A DNA stretch of 28,065 nt from a virus (lineage: Duplodnaviria > Caudoviricetes). Made by a program: the position numbers and the translations under genes. The stretch is from the IMG/VR virus record IMGVR_UViG_3300048578_000341, positions 1 to 28,065 of that record; one strand, given 5' to 3'. The notes under the pieces were generated by a model, which saw only the letters and a program-made list of their open reading frames with translations, did no database searches and was not told where the DNA came from. How positions within the stretch are numbered: position 1 is the stretch's first letter; every line of letters starts with the position of its first letter. Positions 15,210-24,221 of the stretch are shown here, one piece after another.

Positions 15210-16226
15210 ATGGCAGACGAAAAAGTGTCCGACGAGTTTGAATTGACCGAACGAGAGATCGCCCTGTGCAAGGGTGAAGATCCGGACGCTGCCTCTGCTG
15301 AGCAGAACGAGGAGCCTGGGAACGGCACGGAAGCTGTCGATGAGGGCAAGGAAGCCCCCCAGGTGGCCGAACAGAAGACGGAAGAGGAGAAGCCCGCCTC
15401 TTGGATCGACGAGGATGTGAAGTCGCAGGCGGCCTCGTACGGCATGTCCGAAGAGGAACTTGCGGGGTTCAAGGACGTCAATGAGTTTCGTCGTGCTGGA
15501 AAGCTGGTAGACCGACATCTCGTGAAGGCTGGCAAGACAGTGGAAGCCACTCCGCCTGCCAAGGTCGCCGACGAGAAGCCTACGACAGAGACGGCTTCCC
15601 CGGCCGCTGAGGAAGACCTCAGTCTCGATCCAGAGCAGTACGTGAAGGACGGGTATGACGAGCAGACGGTGAAGCTTGTCCGGTTTGCCAGTCGGCTCAA
15701 GAAGGACATTGAGTCGATTCGTGAGTCGGAGATTCGACTGCGGAGAGACCAGACGGAAGCGAACAATCGCCATCGTCTTGCGATGTTTCACTCTGAAGCG
15801 GACCGACTGAACCGTGAGCGGTACGGGGAAAGTACCGATGCGGACGGCCGCGTTGTGAAGCTTACTGACGAGCAGGACGCCCGCAGACGGACGCTTTGGG
15901 AAACAGTTGACACGATTGCCTCAGGCATTGCGGCTCGCGCTGCTGCCGAAGGCAAACGGCCAGAATTTCCGTCGTTCAGGGTTCTCCTCCGACGCGCCGA
16001 GCAGTTGGCGTTTGGTGAGGAGTTGCGGAAGGACGAGCAAAAGCAGATGCAGGAAAAGCTTGCCTCGCAATCAAAGCGACGTCGGCCGATTCCTGGAGCC
16101 GCTATTGTTCGGACTCCTCCCGGTGGAGGAAGTGGAAGTAAGGGTGATCCAATTCGAGCAATCGTCGATCATCCGGACCTCGTTAAATTGTGGAATGGAT
16201 ACCAAGAGGCCAACGGCGCGATGTGA
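15210..16226 (+). CDS. Capsid scaffolding protein
   Basis: Acidic N-terminus and coiled coil, directly before the capsid gene; GGAGG RBS; TGA stop supplied by palindrome copy 13. Confidence 0.8.
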   Translation: MADEKVSDEFELTEREIALCKGEDPDAASAEQNEEPGNGTEAVDEGKEAPQVAEQKTEEEKPASWIDEDVKSQAASYGMSEEELAGFKDVNEFRRAGKLVDRHLVKAGKTVEATPPAKVADEKPTTETASPAAEEDLSLDPEQYVKDGYDEQTVKLVRFASRLKKDIESIRESEIRLRRDQTEANNRHRLAMFHSEADRLNRERYGESTDADGRVVKLTDEQDARRRTLWETVDTIASGIAARAAAEGKRPEFPSFRVLLRRAEQLAFGEELRKDEQKQMQEKLASQSKRRRPIPGAAIVRTPPGGGSGSKGDPIRAIVDHPDLVKLWNGYQEANGAM

Positions 16227-16237
16227 CACAGTGTCAC
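16223..16237. repeat. 15-bp palindrome copy 13 (exact)
   Basis: Scaffold/capsid junction. Confidence 0.95.
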
Positions 16238-16287
16238 CTCTGACAGCCTGGGGCACTCGCCAAGGATGAGCGAGAAGGAGAGCTAGG

Positions 16288-17328
16288 ATGGCTTTGACAC
16301 CTGACCAAGTCGATGATTTCGTCAATTTGACGACCAAGTTGTTCAAACCGTACAAGTGGACGGACATTTCTCTGGAGCACCCAGAGTACGTCAGTTCGAC
16401 GCTGATCGACGAAAAGAAGGTCAGTGAGCAGGGCGGGTCCAAGATTTCGTTCCGCTTGAAGACCAAGAATACTGGGAACGCCCGGAATACCGGCCTGTTT
16501 GCCCAGGACGTCACCAAGGTCGAGGATGTGACGATTGCGGCTGAAGTGCCGTGGTCGATGCAAACCACGAACTTTTCGTATGACGTCTACGAGGATCTGT
16601 TTCAGTCCGATCGCGAGACGATCATCAAGGAGATGCAGATCCGCGACCATGACGCGATGAGCGACATGGCGGAGTTGAACGAAGAGAATCTTTGGTCGGC
16701 GCCGACTGGCACGACTGACTCGCGGCCGATGGGGATTCCTTTCTGGCTTCAGAAGGATGCTTCGACGACCAAGGAAGGCGGTTTCAACGGCGGCAACCCG
16801 AGTGGCTTTTCCGCCGGGTGCGCTGGTGTGTCGAGCACCGACTATCCGCGATGGCGGAACTGGACGTTCGGTTTCGATCAGGTGACCGTGGACGATCTTG
16901 TCCGAAAGGTCAAGAAGGCCCTGGCGTTTACGTACTTCCAGGCGCCGGTCCCGCATCCCGAGTTGGGGTTCGGAAAGTCGGACTACACGATCTTCACCAC
17001 GTACCGAGTGGCGGAGCCGCTGGAGCGGCTGGCCGAGTCGAGAAACGACAATCTTGGCAAGGATCTCGCCAAGTACATCAACACGGTCACGATCGGCGGC
17101 ACGCCGGTCAAGTGGGTTCCGTACCTGGAAGCCAACGACACCAGCGATCCACTTTACGGCGTGAACTGGAAGGTGTTCCGTCCGTTCGTCAAGAAGGGTG
17201 CGAACATGCGTCGGAACGCACCGAAGGAAGCTGCTCGCCAGCACACTGTGCGTGAAGTCCACATCGACAACTGGATGGGGTACATCTGCTACAACCGGCG
17301 AATGTGCTTCGTCGGCTCGAAGGCGTAG
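16288..17328 (+). CDS. Major capsid protein
   Basis: 346 aa, strong AAGGAG RBS, position after scaffold, GG.I.F and P.GI motifs, C-terminal C.NRR..V pattern. Confidence 0.88.
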   Translation: MALTPDQVDDFVNLTTKLFKPYKWTDISLEHPEYVSSTLIDEKKVSEQGGSKISFRLKTKNTGNARNTGLFAQDVTKVEDVTIAAEVPWSMQTTNFSYDVYEDLFQSDRETIIKEMQIRDHDAMSDMAELNEENLWSAPTGTTDSRPMGIPFWLQKDASTTKEGGFNGGNPSGFSAGCAGVSSTDYPRWRNWTFGFDQVTVDDLVRKVKKALAFTYFQAPVPHPELGFGKSDYTIFTTYRVAEPLERLAESRNDNLGKDLAKYINTVTIGGTPVKWVPYLEANDTSDPLYGVNWKVFRPFVKKGANMRRNAPKEAARQHTVREVHIDNWMGYICYNRRMCFVGSKA

Positions 17329-17340
17329 TAAGTGAATGAG

Positions 17341-17372
17341 GCTCCGCTCCGGTACGGACACCGGAGCGGAGC
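17341..17372 (+). promoter_or_regulatory. Perfect 13-bp stem with ACGGAC hexaloop after the capsid gene
   Basis: GCTCCGCTCCGGT-ACGGAC-ACCGGAGCGGAGC. Confidence 0.7.
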
Positions 17373-17440
17373 AACGATACCCGTGGCCCGCGCGGGTTTT
17401 TGCGGGTGAGTTTTCACGGATGTTTGTCAGGAGAGTTCCT

Positions 17441-18313
17441 ATGAGTATTTTCGGATTTCTTCCCCACAACTTGTTCACCAATCACGTTGGTCAGAATACG
17501 TCCGGCCTGTCTCCTCGGCCCTGGTCGCGTATTACCGGATCGATGATGGCTGCCGATGGCCAGAAGCGTCTGGTTTTGGCTGGCGACGACTTCATGAGTT
17601 TTCACGGGTTGTTGACCTCGACGGCCGGCGACTACGAGGGCGGGTACAAGTCGTACCAGGACTCCGGCAACACGATCAGTCAGGTCGCCGACAAGAAGGG
17701 CGGGGTGTTGAAGCTCTACCTGGACGCTACCGACAACGACGAGGCGTGGCTTCAGAGTTGCGGTTCGTCTGGTGTGCTGGGTGCGATTTCGGATACGGCC
17801 GGCGACGATCATCTGACGGTGTTCGAGTGCCGATTCCAGATCAGTTCCGTGGCTGACGACGTTGCGGCTACGTTCCTCGGTTTGGCTGAGGAAGGGTGTG
17901 CTGCGGCCGACACAAAGGTCGACAACACGGGCGTCCTGGCTGACAAGGACTACATCGGCTTCAATACGGTCCACACCAACAGCGGTACGGCCGGCACGAA
18001 TGCCGCGATGAACTTCGTCTACCGGAAGTCCGGCCAGACGGCCCAGACCAAGATCGCCACCCTCCAAACGCTGGTGGCCAACACTTGGTACAAGATGGGC
18101 TTCGTTTACGACCCATTGGAGCCAACGAGCCGGCGGATCACCGTGTACGTCGACAACGTCGAACAGTCGACTTACGTCACCGGGACGAACATCGCGACTG
18201 CGACGTTTCCGGACGCCGAGGAGATGGCATTCCTCGCCGGCTTGAAGGCCGGGTCCGCTGCCGCTTCGAGTCTTCTGATCGACTGGTGGGCGTTCGGTCA
18301 ACTGATCGACTAG
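17441..18313 (+). CDS. Virion decoration or minor capsid protein with lectin/LamG-like beta-sandwich
   Basis: AGGAG RBS; DDF N-terminal motif, TWYKMGFVYD..ITVYVDN, LLIDW C-terminus. Confidence 0.65.
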   Translation: MSIFGFLPHNLFTNHVGQNTSGLSPRPWSRITGSMMAADGQKRLVLAGDDFMSFHGLLTSTAGDYEGGYKSYQDSGNTISQVADKKGGVLKLYLDATDNDEAWLQSCGSSGVLGAISDTAGDDHLTVFECRFQISSVADDVAATFLGLAEEGCAAADTKVDNTGVLADKDYIGFNTVHTNSGTAGTNAAMNFVYRKSGQTAQTKIATLQTLVANTWYKMGFVYDPLEPTSRRITVYVDNVEQSTYVTGTNIATATFPDAEEMAFLAGLKAGSAAASSLLIDWWAFGQLID

Positions 18314-18340
18314 TTTTTGTTCGGGTCGATTTGTGTGTGA

Positions 18341-18378
18341 GGCGGCCCCTGGAGTTTCTCCATGCCCCAGGGGCCGCC
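18341..18378 (+). terminator. GC-rich 12-bp hairpin, possible terminator
   Basis: GGCGGCCCCTGG..CCAGGGGCCGCC followed by ATTTCT, intergenic. Confidence 0.5.
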
Positions 18379-18397
18379 ATTTCTCCAGGGAGTACGT

Positions 18398-19108
18398 ATG
18401 ATTCATCCACAAGATGAACGGTCGCTTCAGAGGATGCTGGGTGAATCCGAGATCCCGACCGAGTTGGTGGCAGAGTACGAGTTGCGGCTGAGTCTGTACC
18501 ATCGTGACGGCAACAGCGGTCCATTGGGTACGGTCGGCATGATCGATCTTGTTCGCAGCCTTGGACTCGGCCGGAAGCCCGCTGTGGAGAATGCCAAGGT
18601 GGTCTCGTGGAGAGACTACCCGAACGACGGATCGGTTAGGGTCGAGGCTAGATTCTTCGGTGAATGGATGCCTGGTGTCTACCTGGGATTCGTCGATTCT
18701 GGAACGATTGCGGTCCGCATTGACGGGGACGCGTTCGTGAAGGAGTGCCGTCCGGACATGGTGCGGATTGCAAAGCCTGAGCCTGAAGCAAATGACGACA
18801 TTCCCGACTCGCGTGCCTCGTTGCTGGAAAGCCCGAAGCAAGACGAGCCGGATGTGACTGAGCCGAAAGCAGAAAGAATCGCTGTCCCCCAGGCTGTCGC
18901 CGCTGGTGAAGATGAGGTTCCCGATGTCAATTGGAGTACCGTGAAGTCTGGCTCCGCCGTGTGGGCCGAGGTGGATGGCGACTACGTCAATGCCGAGTTC
19001 GTAGAAGCTCTCGATTTGCCTGAGGGTACGACTTTGGTCGTGCGGGTCTCCGGTGAGGATTCTCCTCGTCATTGCCCCGCGTCGACAGTAACTTACGCAG
19101 GGGGCTAA
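18398..19108 (+). CDS. Hypothetical protein with two SH3/Tudor-like segments
   Basis: GGGAG RBS; two similar W..G..V.....G.....  beta modules joined by an acidic Pro-rich linker. Confidence 0.7.
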   Translation: MIHPQDERSLQRMLGESEIPTELVAEYELRLSLYHRDGNSGPLGTVGMIDLVRSLGLGRKPAVENAKVVSWRDYPNDGSVRVEARFFGEWMPGVYLGFVDSGTIAVRIDGDAFVKECRPDMVRIAKPEPEANDDIPDSRASLLESPKQDEPDVTEPKAERIAVPQAVAAGEDEVPDVNWSTVKSGSAVWAEVDGDYVNAEFVEALDLPEGTTLVVRVSGEDSPRHCPASTVTYAGG

Positions 19109-19112
19109 TGAA

Positions 19113-19400
19113 ATGAAGTCCCTGCTGTTTTGGGGTGTGACCTTGCTGGCCGCTGGTGAGGCAGCGTCCAAGATTGACCCATCGTCATTCATCGGACTGA
19201 TCTCCCAAACAGGGGGAGTTGGAGTATTGGCATGGGTAGCGTGGTCACAGAGGCAGGAGCTTAGGGATTTGCGAGATCGGCACGCGGAAGTGATTGACAA
19301 GTTGTGCGACAGAATGGACAAGCACGAGCAAACACGGCATGACGATGCCGCTGCCATGTCTGCTGTACTCCGAGAATTGACGGCCAGGATTCGCAATTGA
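19113..19400 (+). CDS. Holin-like membrane protein
   Basis: Hydrophobic segments (LISQTGGVGVLAWVAW) followed by a charged coiled coil. Confidence 0.5.
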   Translation: MKSLLFWGVTLLAAGEAASKIDPSSFIGLISQTGGVGVLAWVAWSQRQELRDLRDRHAEVIDKLCDRMDKHEQTRHDDAAAMSAVLRELTARIRN

Positions 19401-19415
19401 CGCAGGTGAAGTGAC

Positions 19416-20507
19416 ATGGCGACTTGGTACGCACATAACGATGGCTCCCTGTCTTCGTGCGGGTTCACCGATGCTCAGGGCGAAGGTGGAAATTCTGGGT
19501 ATCCATCTCTTGGAGACACCGCTGACGCAAACGGATACGCAGTAACAATCTACGCAGATCCGATTTACGATGGAATGGTCTTTGCGAATGGAACGTTCAC
19601 CCTTGCGAGCGGTTACGGATGGGGGGATGGCACAAACGCAATGTCGTTTTCGTTGTCAAACGCGACAATTGCAACTGGTGGATATACGTTTACCATCTTG
19701 GGCGCCGCATCCGTTTCCGGTGCAGTGTCGGTTGGTAGCGGAGGAGAGTTGTCCATCAGTAACGCCGGATATCTCACTGGAGACGTGTCGGTTGCTAGCG
19801 GTGGCCTGTTGACTGTCAATCTCGGTGGAACGGTGAACGGGAGTGTTACTAACGCAGGAACCGTTGCACTTAACGCTGGAGGCGCAGTCACAGGAACGAT
19901 CTCCAATTCCGGAGGTACGTTGAACATGCTTGTCGGCTGCACGATTCCTACGATTGGAAGCGTCAACCTTAATGGCAGTCCGCTTGCGGCGGGGGCTATT
20001 CCTGCTGCCAGTAATGTGAGGTATGGCGTTTCTGTTGGCAGCACTACAGGAACCTGCCGTGTTCCAGGAAAGGCTGACGTCAAGGCTGGTGTGGCAGTGG
20101 ATGTGTCTGACACTGGAGAGTTTACCCACACAACTGACTATGTCGCCAAGACTGACGTCGTTTCAGTGTCGCACATTGAGACCGGCTACTACAACTGGAC
20201 TGGCGGAACAGAGGGCACAGTCAACCTTGCGTCTTTGACTGCTGCTGCCGCCGAATCTCAGTTGGAGGATGACCAAGAAGCTGTTCTAGCGGCTGCGGCT
20301 GCTATCTTGGAGGGGACGACTGTTTTGGGTCAAGCTGGGACACTGGACGCGGATAAAGTGCTGACCGCTGTAGGCGGGACGTACGTTCCAGTTTTAGAGA
20401 ACAGGGTGTCGTCAGGGACGGAGTACGGCCCATCCGGATCACTCACTGGAACACTGTCGTCCGAAGGTGGGTCTGGTTCTTCCGGTGGGATTTACGGGAT
20501 GTTGTAA
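19416..20507 (+). CDS. Gly/Ser/Thr-rich virion fibre or adhesin-like protein
   Basis: Beta-helix-like V.SGG.L.V repeats, then PAASNVRYGV and PGKADVKAGV repeats. Confidence 0.65.
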   Translation: MATWYAHNDGSLSSCGFTDAQGEGGNSGYPSLGDTADANGYAVTIYADPIYDGMVFANGTFTLASGYGWGDGTNAMSFSLSNATIATGGYTFTILGAASVSGAVSVGSGGELSISNAGYLTGDVSVASGGLLTVNLGGTVNGSVTNAGTVALNAGGAVTGTISNSGGTLNMLVGCTIPTIGSVNLNGSPLAAGAIPAASNVRYGVSVGSTTGTCRVPGKADVKAGVAVDVSDTGEFTHTTDYVAKTDVVSVSHIETGYYNWTGGTEGTVNLASLTAAAAESQLEDDQEAVLAAAAAILEGTTVLGQAGTLDADKVLTAVGGTYVPVLENRVSSGTEYGPSGSLTGTLSSEGGSGSSGGIYGML

Positions 20508-20523
20508 GAAACGGGGGTTGGCG

Positions 20524-20847
20524 ATGGACATTGTTAGAGTTGCCTCGTCGATCGAGGACGTCGTGGTCGGAACGACTGCGGACGGTAGCCAGGAAATCAT
20601 AGTCGGAGACTGCACCGGTGTCATACTGTTTGTCCCGGAAGGTGAGACTGTAGTCACGATTTCTCTGTATGTGTCCCCGACTTCCGGTGGAACGTACCTT
20701 CCTCTTTATGATTCCGTGAGTTCTGTCGTGTCGATGACTGTTTCCGCAGGACGTGCGTATCAGATCCCGTTCGCTATGTTTCCCGCTCGATTTATGAAGA
20801 TCGTCGGGGACAAAGCGGCGGTGGTTCACCTTACGCTCAAGGGGTAG
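20524..20847 (+). CDS. Small beta-sandwich virion protein
   Basis: 107 aa, alternating hydrophobic pattern, S...GGTY.PLYD motif. Confidence 0.65.
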   Translation: MDIVRVASSIEDVVVGTTADGSQEIIVGDCTGVILFVPEGETVVTISLYVSPTSGGTYLPLYDSVSSVVSMTVSAGRAYQIPFAMFPARFMKIVGDKAAVVHLTLKG

Positions 20848-20850
20848 TTG

Positions 20851-21834
20851 ATGGCGTCTCTTGCTGTGACATACGACGATCTGCGTCGGGAAGTCGGTAG
20901 ATTTCTCGGGTACGGTCGCGATCCGGCTGTGTGGGGCCTGGACACAGCCAAGGCGGCTGACGCGGCAGACATCATCAACAGCGGTCTGCGGAGATTCCTG
21001 AATCCTCCACCGTTGAATGGAGAAAAGTACGCTCACGAATGGTCGTTCCTGCGTCCCCTTGCCACGATTGCCACGACGGCGCCGTACGCAACAGGGAAGG
21101 TCACTGCGGTGACTGGAACAGTGACGCTGTCGGCCGGCGTCTGGCCGCTTTGGGCGGCCCAGGGTGAACTGACCATTGCGAGCGGTACGTACTCGGTGGC
21201 GAGCCGCACTAGTGACAGCGAGATCGTTCTTTCCGACACGAGCGTCTCGATCACTGTTGGGGAGGTATTCAGCCTTGGCCGGGCGGCGTACGACCTGCCA
21301 TCGAACTTTGCGATGTTCGACGGTCCGTTGACCTACGCTGTTGGCTCGTCCGTGATGTACCCGCAAATCGAGGTAATTCCCGAGCATGTGGTGCGACAGC
21401 GGCTGTCGGAGATTACTTCAGGACGTCCTATTGTTGCTGCGTACCGTCCTAAGGCTATCGATCAGACTACGGGGACGCGGTACGAGTTGCTGTTCGCTCC
21501 GGTTCCGGATGCCGCATACCCGATGCACTACAGATACCGGGTTAACGTAAGCGCCGTGGACGCCACGAACAGCTACCCGCCAGGCGGGGAGTCTCACGGG
21601 GAAACGGTCCTTGAAGCGTGTTTGGCGGCGGCTGAGGCAAAGTTGAACGACGGTGCTGGGATTCACGCGACATTGTTTCAGGAGAGGCTGTACGCATCGG
21701 TTAGCTTCGATCGGAAGTTGTCCGCTCCGGACTTCGCTGGGTACAACCGAGATGCGAGCGATCGTCCGATCGCCAGGTTGAATACACACGACTGCGACGT
21801 GCATATCGTGACATATAACGGGGTTGCTTACTAG
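20851..21834 (+). CDS. Head-tail adaptor (P22 gp4/T7 gp11-like role) with inserted beta domain
   Basis: TYDDLRREV..L, IINSGLRR, W.FL, YDLPSNF, PVPDAAY motifs. Confidence 0.75.
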   Translation: MASLAVTYDDLRREVGRFLGYGRDPAVWGLDTAKAADAADIINSGLRRFLNPPPLNGEKYAHEWSFLRPLATIATTAPYATGKVTAVTGTVTLSAGVWPLWAAQGELTIASGTYSVASRTSDSEIVLSDTSVSITVGEVFSLGRAAYDLPSNFAMFDGPLTYAVGSSVMYPQIEVIPEHVVRQRLSEITSGRPIVAAYRPKAIDQTTGTRYELLFAPVPDAAYPMHYRYRVNVSAVDATNSYPPGGESHGETVLEACLAAAEAKLNDGAGIHATLFQERLYASVSFDRKLSAPDFAGYNRDASDRPIARLNTHDCDVHIVTYNGVAY

Positions 21835-21848
21835 TGACACAGTGTCAC
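21834..21848. repeat. 15-bp palindrome copy 14 (exact)
   Basis: Overlaps the adaptor TAG by 1 bp. Confidence 0.95.
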
Positions 21849-21864
21849 ATGAAAGGTTGATCTG

Positions 21865-22434
21865 ATGAGTGCTCACAATTTGCTGCAAGACGCTTTGGTT
21901 GCGGACTACGAGATTGTCGACCCAGGGGACGGCAAGTCGTTTCAGATGGACAAGAACTTCGGGGTGGTGTCCATCGAGACTAAGACCGCTGGTGGGGAGA
22001 CGCGTATCGTCGACTCTCCGACGAAGGCTGGCTTGGTCTTGGATGCATCGCTTGTTGTTGACGGCGGCGACTGCACGGTGACTGTCACGAACGGCTACGA
22101 GTCCGGTGGTGCCACGACGCTTGTTCTTGGTGACGCTGGCGACTGGTTTACGCTGAAGTCGTTCGAGGTGGCCGAGAACACATTCCGCTGGCGGCTTGTT
22201 GGGTCCGGTGGCATTGCCGTTGCTGGAACGCTTCAAACCGGAAGCGTCTCCCTCGGGTCCGGAGGGCTCTTGGAGATTACGGATGGTCAGATTGCTGCGT
22301 CCAGCGGGACCGCTACTCTGACGTTCAAGGCGAGTAACGCGACCGCTGGCGCCTGGACTCAGTCCGGTTGGCTCCCGTTCAAGATCGGTTCCACCTCGTA
22401 CTACATCCCGTACTTCGATGCCACTCATTCGTAA
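21865..22434 (+). CDS. Virion structural protein
   Basis: Beta-rich 189 aa; C-terminal GWL.F.IG...YYIP.F fibre-like motif. Confidence 0.65.
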   Translation: MSAHNLLQDALVADYEIVDPGDGKSFQMDKNFGVVSIETKTAGGETRIVDSPTKAGLVLDASLVVDGGDCTVTVTNGYESGGATTLVLGDAGDWFTLKSFEVAENTFRWRLVGSGGIAVAGTLQTGSVSLGSGGLLEITDGQIAASSGTATLTFKASNATAGAWTQSGWLPFKIGSTSYYIPYFDATHS

Positions 22435-22436
22435 TC

Positions 22437-24221
22437 ATGGCAAAGACCACGTCCCGCGGAACAGCCGACATCTTGTTTCCGGCGGCAGGATTGGTGAAAA
22501 GGTATGGTTATCAGAACCAACCGTCATACACCTGCGTCGAGGCGATGAACGTGCGTCCGTTCGACCCGATTAAGGGGCGGGAACGTGGAGGGAGTCGTCC
22601 TGGGTTGGTCAAGTCGTTTGCCCTCCAGTTGGGGGCAGGGCAAAACACAGGTTCTCCGGTGCAGATGCTCTGCCCCTTGGCGGTTGTTGGTGCGGACGCT
22701 GAGGTGTCGTACCGAATGGCTGCCATTTCCAATGGTCAACTGTACTGTACGACTGATGCTGGCACGATTGAGGCGGTTACAGGCACTCACGCATCTTTGA
22801 TGAACTCGTCGGCGGCGACATTGTCTGCGACACAGAATGGGACGAAGCTGTACATTGCAGAGCACCGATCTATTCCTCTCGGTGGAACAGACGGTCACCT
22901 GTCGGCCGATGGCATACTGACCGCTGATTCGATCACCGATTGGACAGCCCAGGGTCTGAACCGTTGGTTGGACGTGGTGCTCATCTCCGGAGACTCTGTG
23001 TCGGACGCGAACACGGACTACTACTCCATCACAGCAGATCCATCTGTCAGCGGAATTCAGACCGGATGGACTGGTGGGGCGGTCGCAAGCGTTACATGGC
23101 AGTTTACCAGACCTCCCAAAGTGTTCGATCCGATTGCGGGTACGGTGTGGTCTTTGCCGCAGACGTACGGCCTGGTGCCTCTCGGCTGCACGTTGACGTG
23201 TACCTATCGAGGCCGCCTGGTTCTCGCTGGGCCTGACCACATTTGGTATATGTCGTACGTTGACGATCCGACGAATTGGGACTACGGCGAGGACGATCGA
23301 GATTCGATGCGGGCCGTCGCTGGGTCGGGTTCTGACGCTGGAGATATCGGGAATCCGATCCGTGCCCTTGTCCCGTTCTCTGACGACTTCATGCTGTTCG
23401 GCTGTGAGAACGCACTGTGGTGCCTGAGGGGCGATCCAGCGAACAGTGGAACGATCGATAACCTGAGCCGAGAGATCGGGATCATCGGGGCGAACTCGTG
23501 GTGTCTTCTTCCGGACAGCAACCTGTGTTTCCTCAGCAGACAGGGATTGTTCACGGTTTCGTCCAACTCAGACGACCCATATCCGAAATCCCTGTCAAAC
23601 ACGGCGATCCCCAGTGACTTGATTGACGTCGACCCTGAAGCGAACACCATCTCGATGGCGTACGATGGTCAGTACCGTGGAATTCACTTGTACATCACGC
23701 CTGTCGACGGCTCCGCTGGACAGCATTGGTGGATCGATTGGGAGGAGAAGGGTTTCTGGCCGGTGAGCCTGCCGCTTGCGCAGCAGCCGACAGTTGCCCG
23801 GTCAGTGTCCCTTGGTCCCGACACGCCGCGGGCCGTGTTCCTTGGCGGAGTAGACGGATTTGTGCGGAACTACGACCCGGACGCCAAGGACGATTGCGGT
23901 ACGGCGATTTCCAGCAGGGTCCGCTTTGGTCCACTTCGTCTCTCGACGGAATCTGGCACGGACGGTGTTCTCGCAGAAATCCAAGTGGACCTTGCAGAGG
24001 ACAGCGGTGACGTTGACTTGGAGATTCACTCCAGCGACACGGCTGAGGCCGCGAGCCTGTCGACTTCCCCGGCTGCCACGGGTACGTTGGTTGCGGGAAG
24101 AAATGCGCCAAGCCACCCTCGCGTTCGAGGAGTAGCTGGCTCGATCGTCTTCAAGTCCGAAGATCAGTGGGCCATGGAACGGATGGCGGTGACGATGTTT
24201 CGCGGAGGGAAACCTCGATGA
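22437..24221 (+). CDS. Tail nozzle / DNA-stabilisation beta-propeller (P22 gp10/T7 gp12-like role)
   Basis: A.NVRP..D....R.RGGSRPGL N-terminus, YRGRLVLA...IWYMS..DDP.NW propeller motifs. Confidence 0.78.
   Translation: MAKTTSRGTADILFPAAGLVKRYGYQNQPSYTCVEAMNVRPFDPIKGRERGGSRPGLVKSFALQLGAGQNTGSPVQMLCPLAVVGADAEVSYRMAAISNGQLYCTTDAGTIEAVTGTHASLMNSSAATLSATQNGTKLYIAEHRSIPLGGTDGHLSADGILTADSITDWTAQGLNRWLDVVLISGDSVSDANTDYYSITADPSVSGIQTGWTGGAVASVTWQFTRPPKVFDPIAGTVWSLPQTYGLVPLGCTLTCTYRGRLVLAGPDHIWYMSYVDDPTNWDYGEDDRDSMRAVAGSGSDAGDIGNPIRALVPFSDDFMLFGCENALWCLRGDPANSGTIDNLSREIGIIGANSWCLLPDSNLCFLSRQGLFTVSSNSDDPYPKSLSNTAIPSDLIDVDPEANTISMAYDGQYRGIHLYITPVDGSAGQHWWIDWEEKGFWPVSLPLAQQPTVARSVSLGPDTPRAVFLGGVDGFVRNYDPDAKDDCGTAISSRVRFGPLRLSTESGTDGVLAEIQVDLAEDSGDVDLEIHSSDTAEAASLSTSPAATGTLVAGRNAPSHPRVRGVAGSIVFKSEDQWAMERMAVTMFRGGKPR

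Noticed and set aside
16234-19468. Long minus-strand ORFs (415 aa and 684 aa) and similar antisense ORFs
   Set aside because: They are shadows of GC-rich plus-strand structural genes, with no RBS or protein-like motifs
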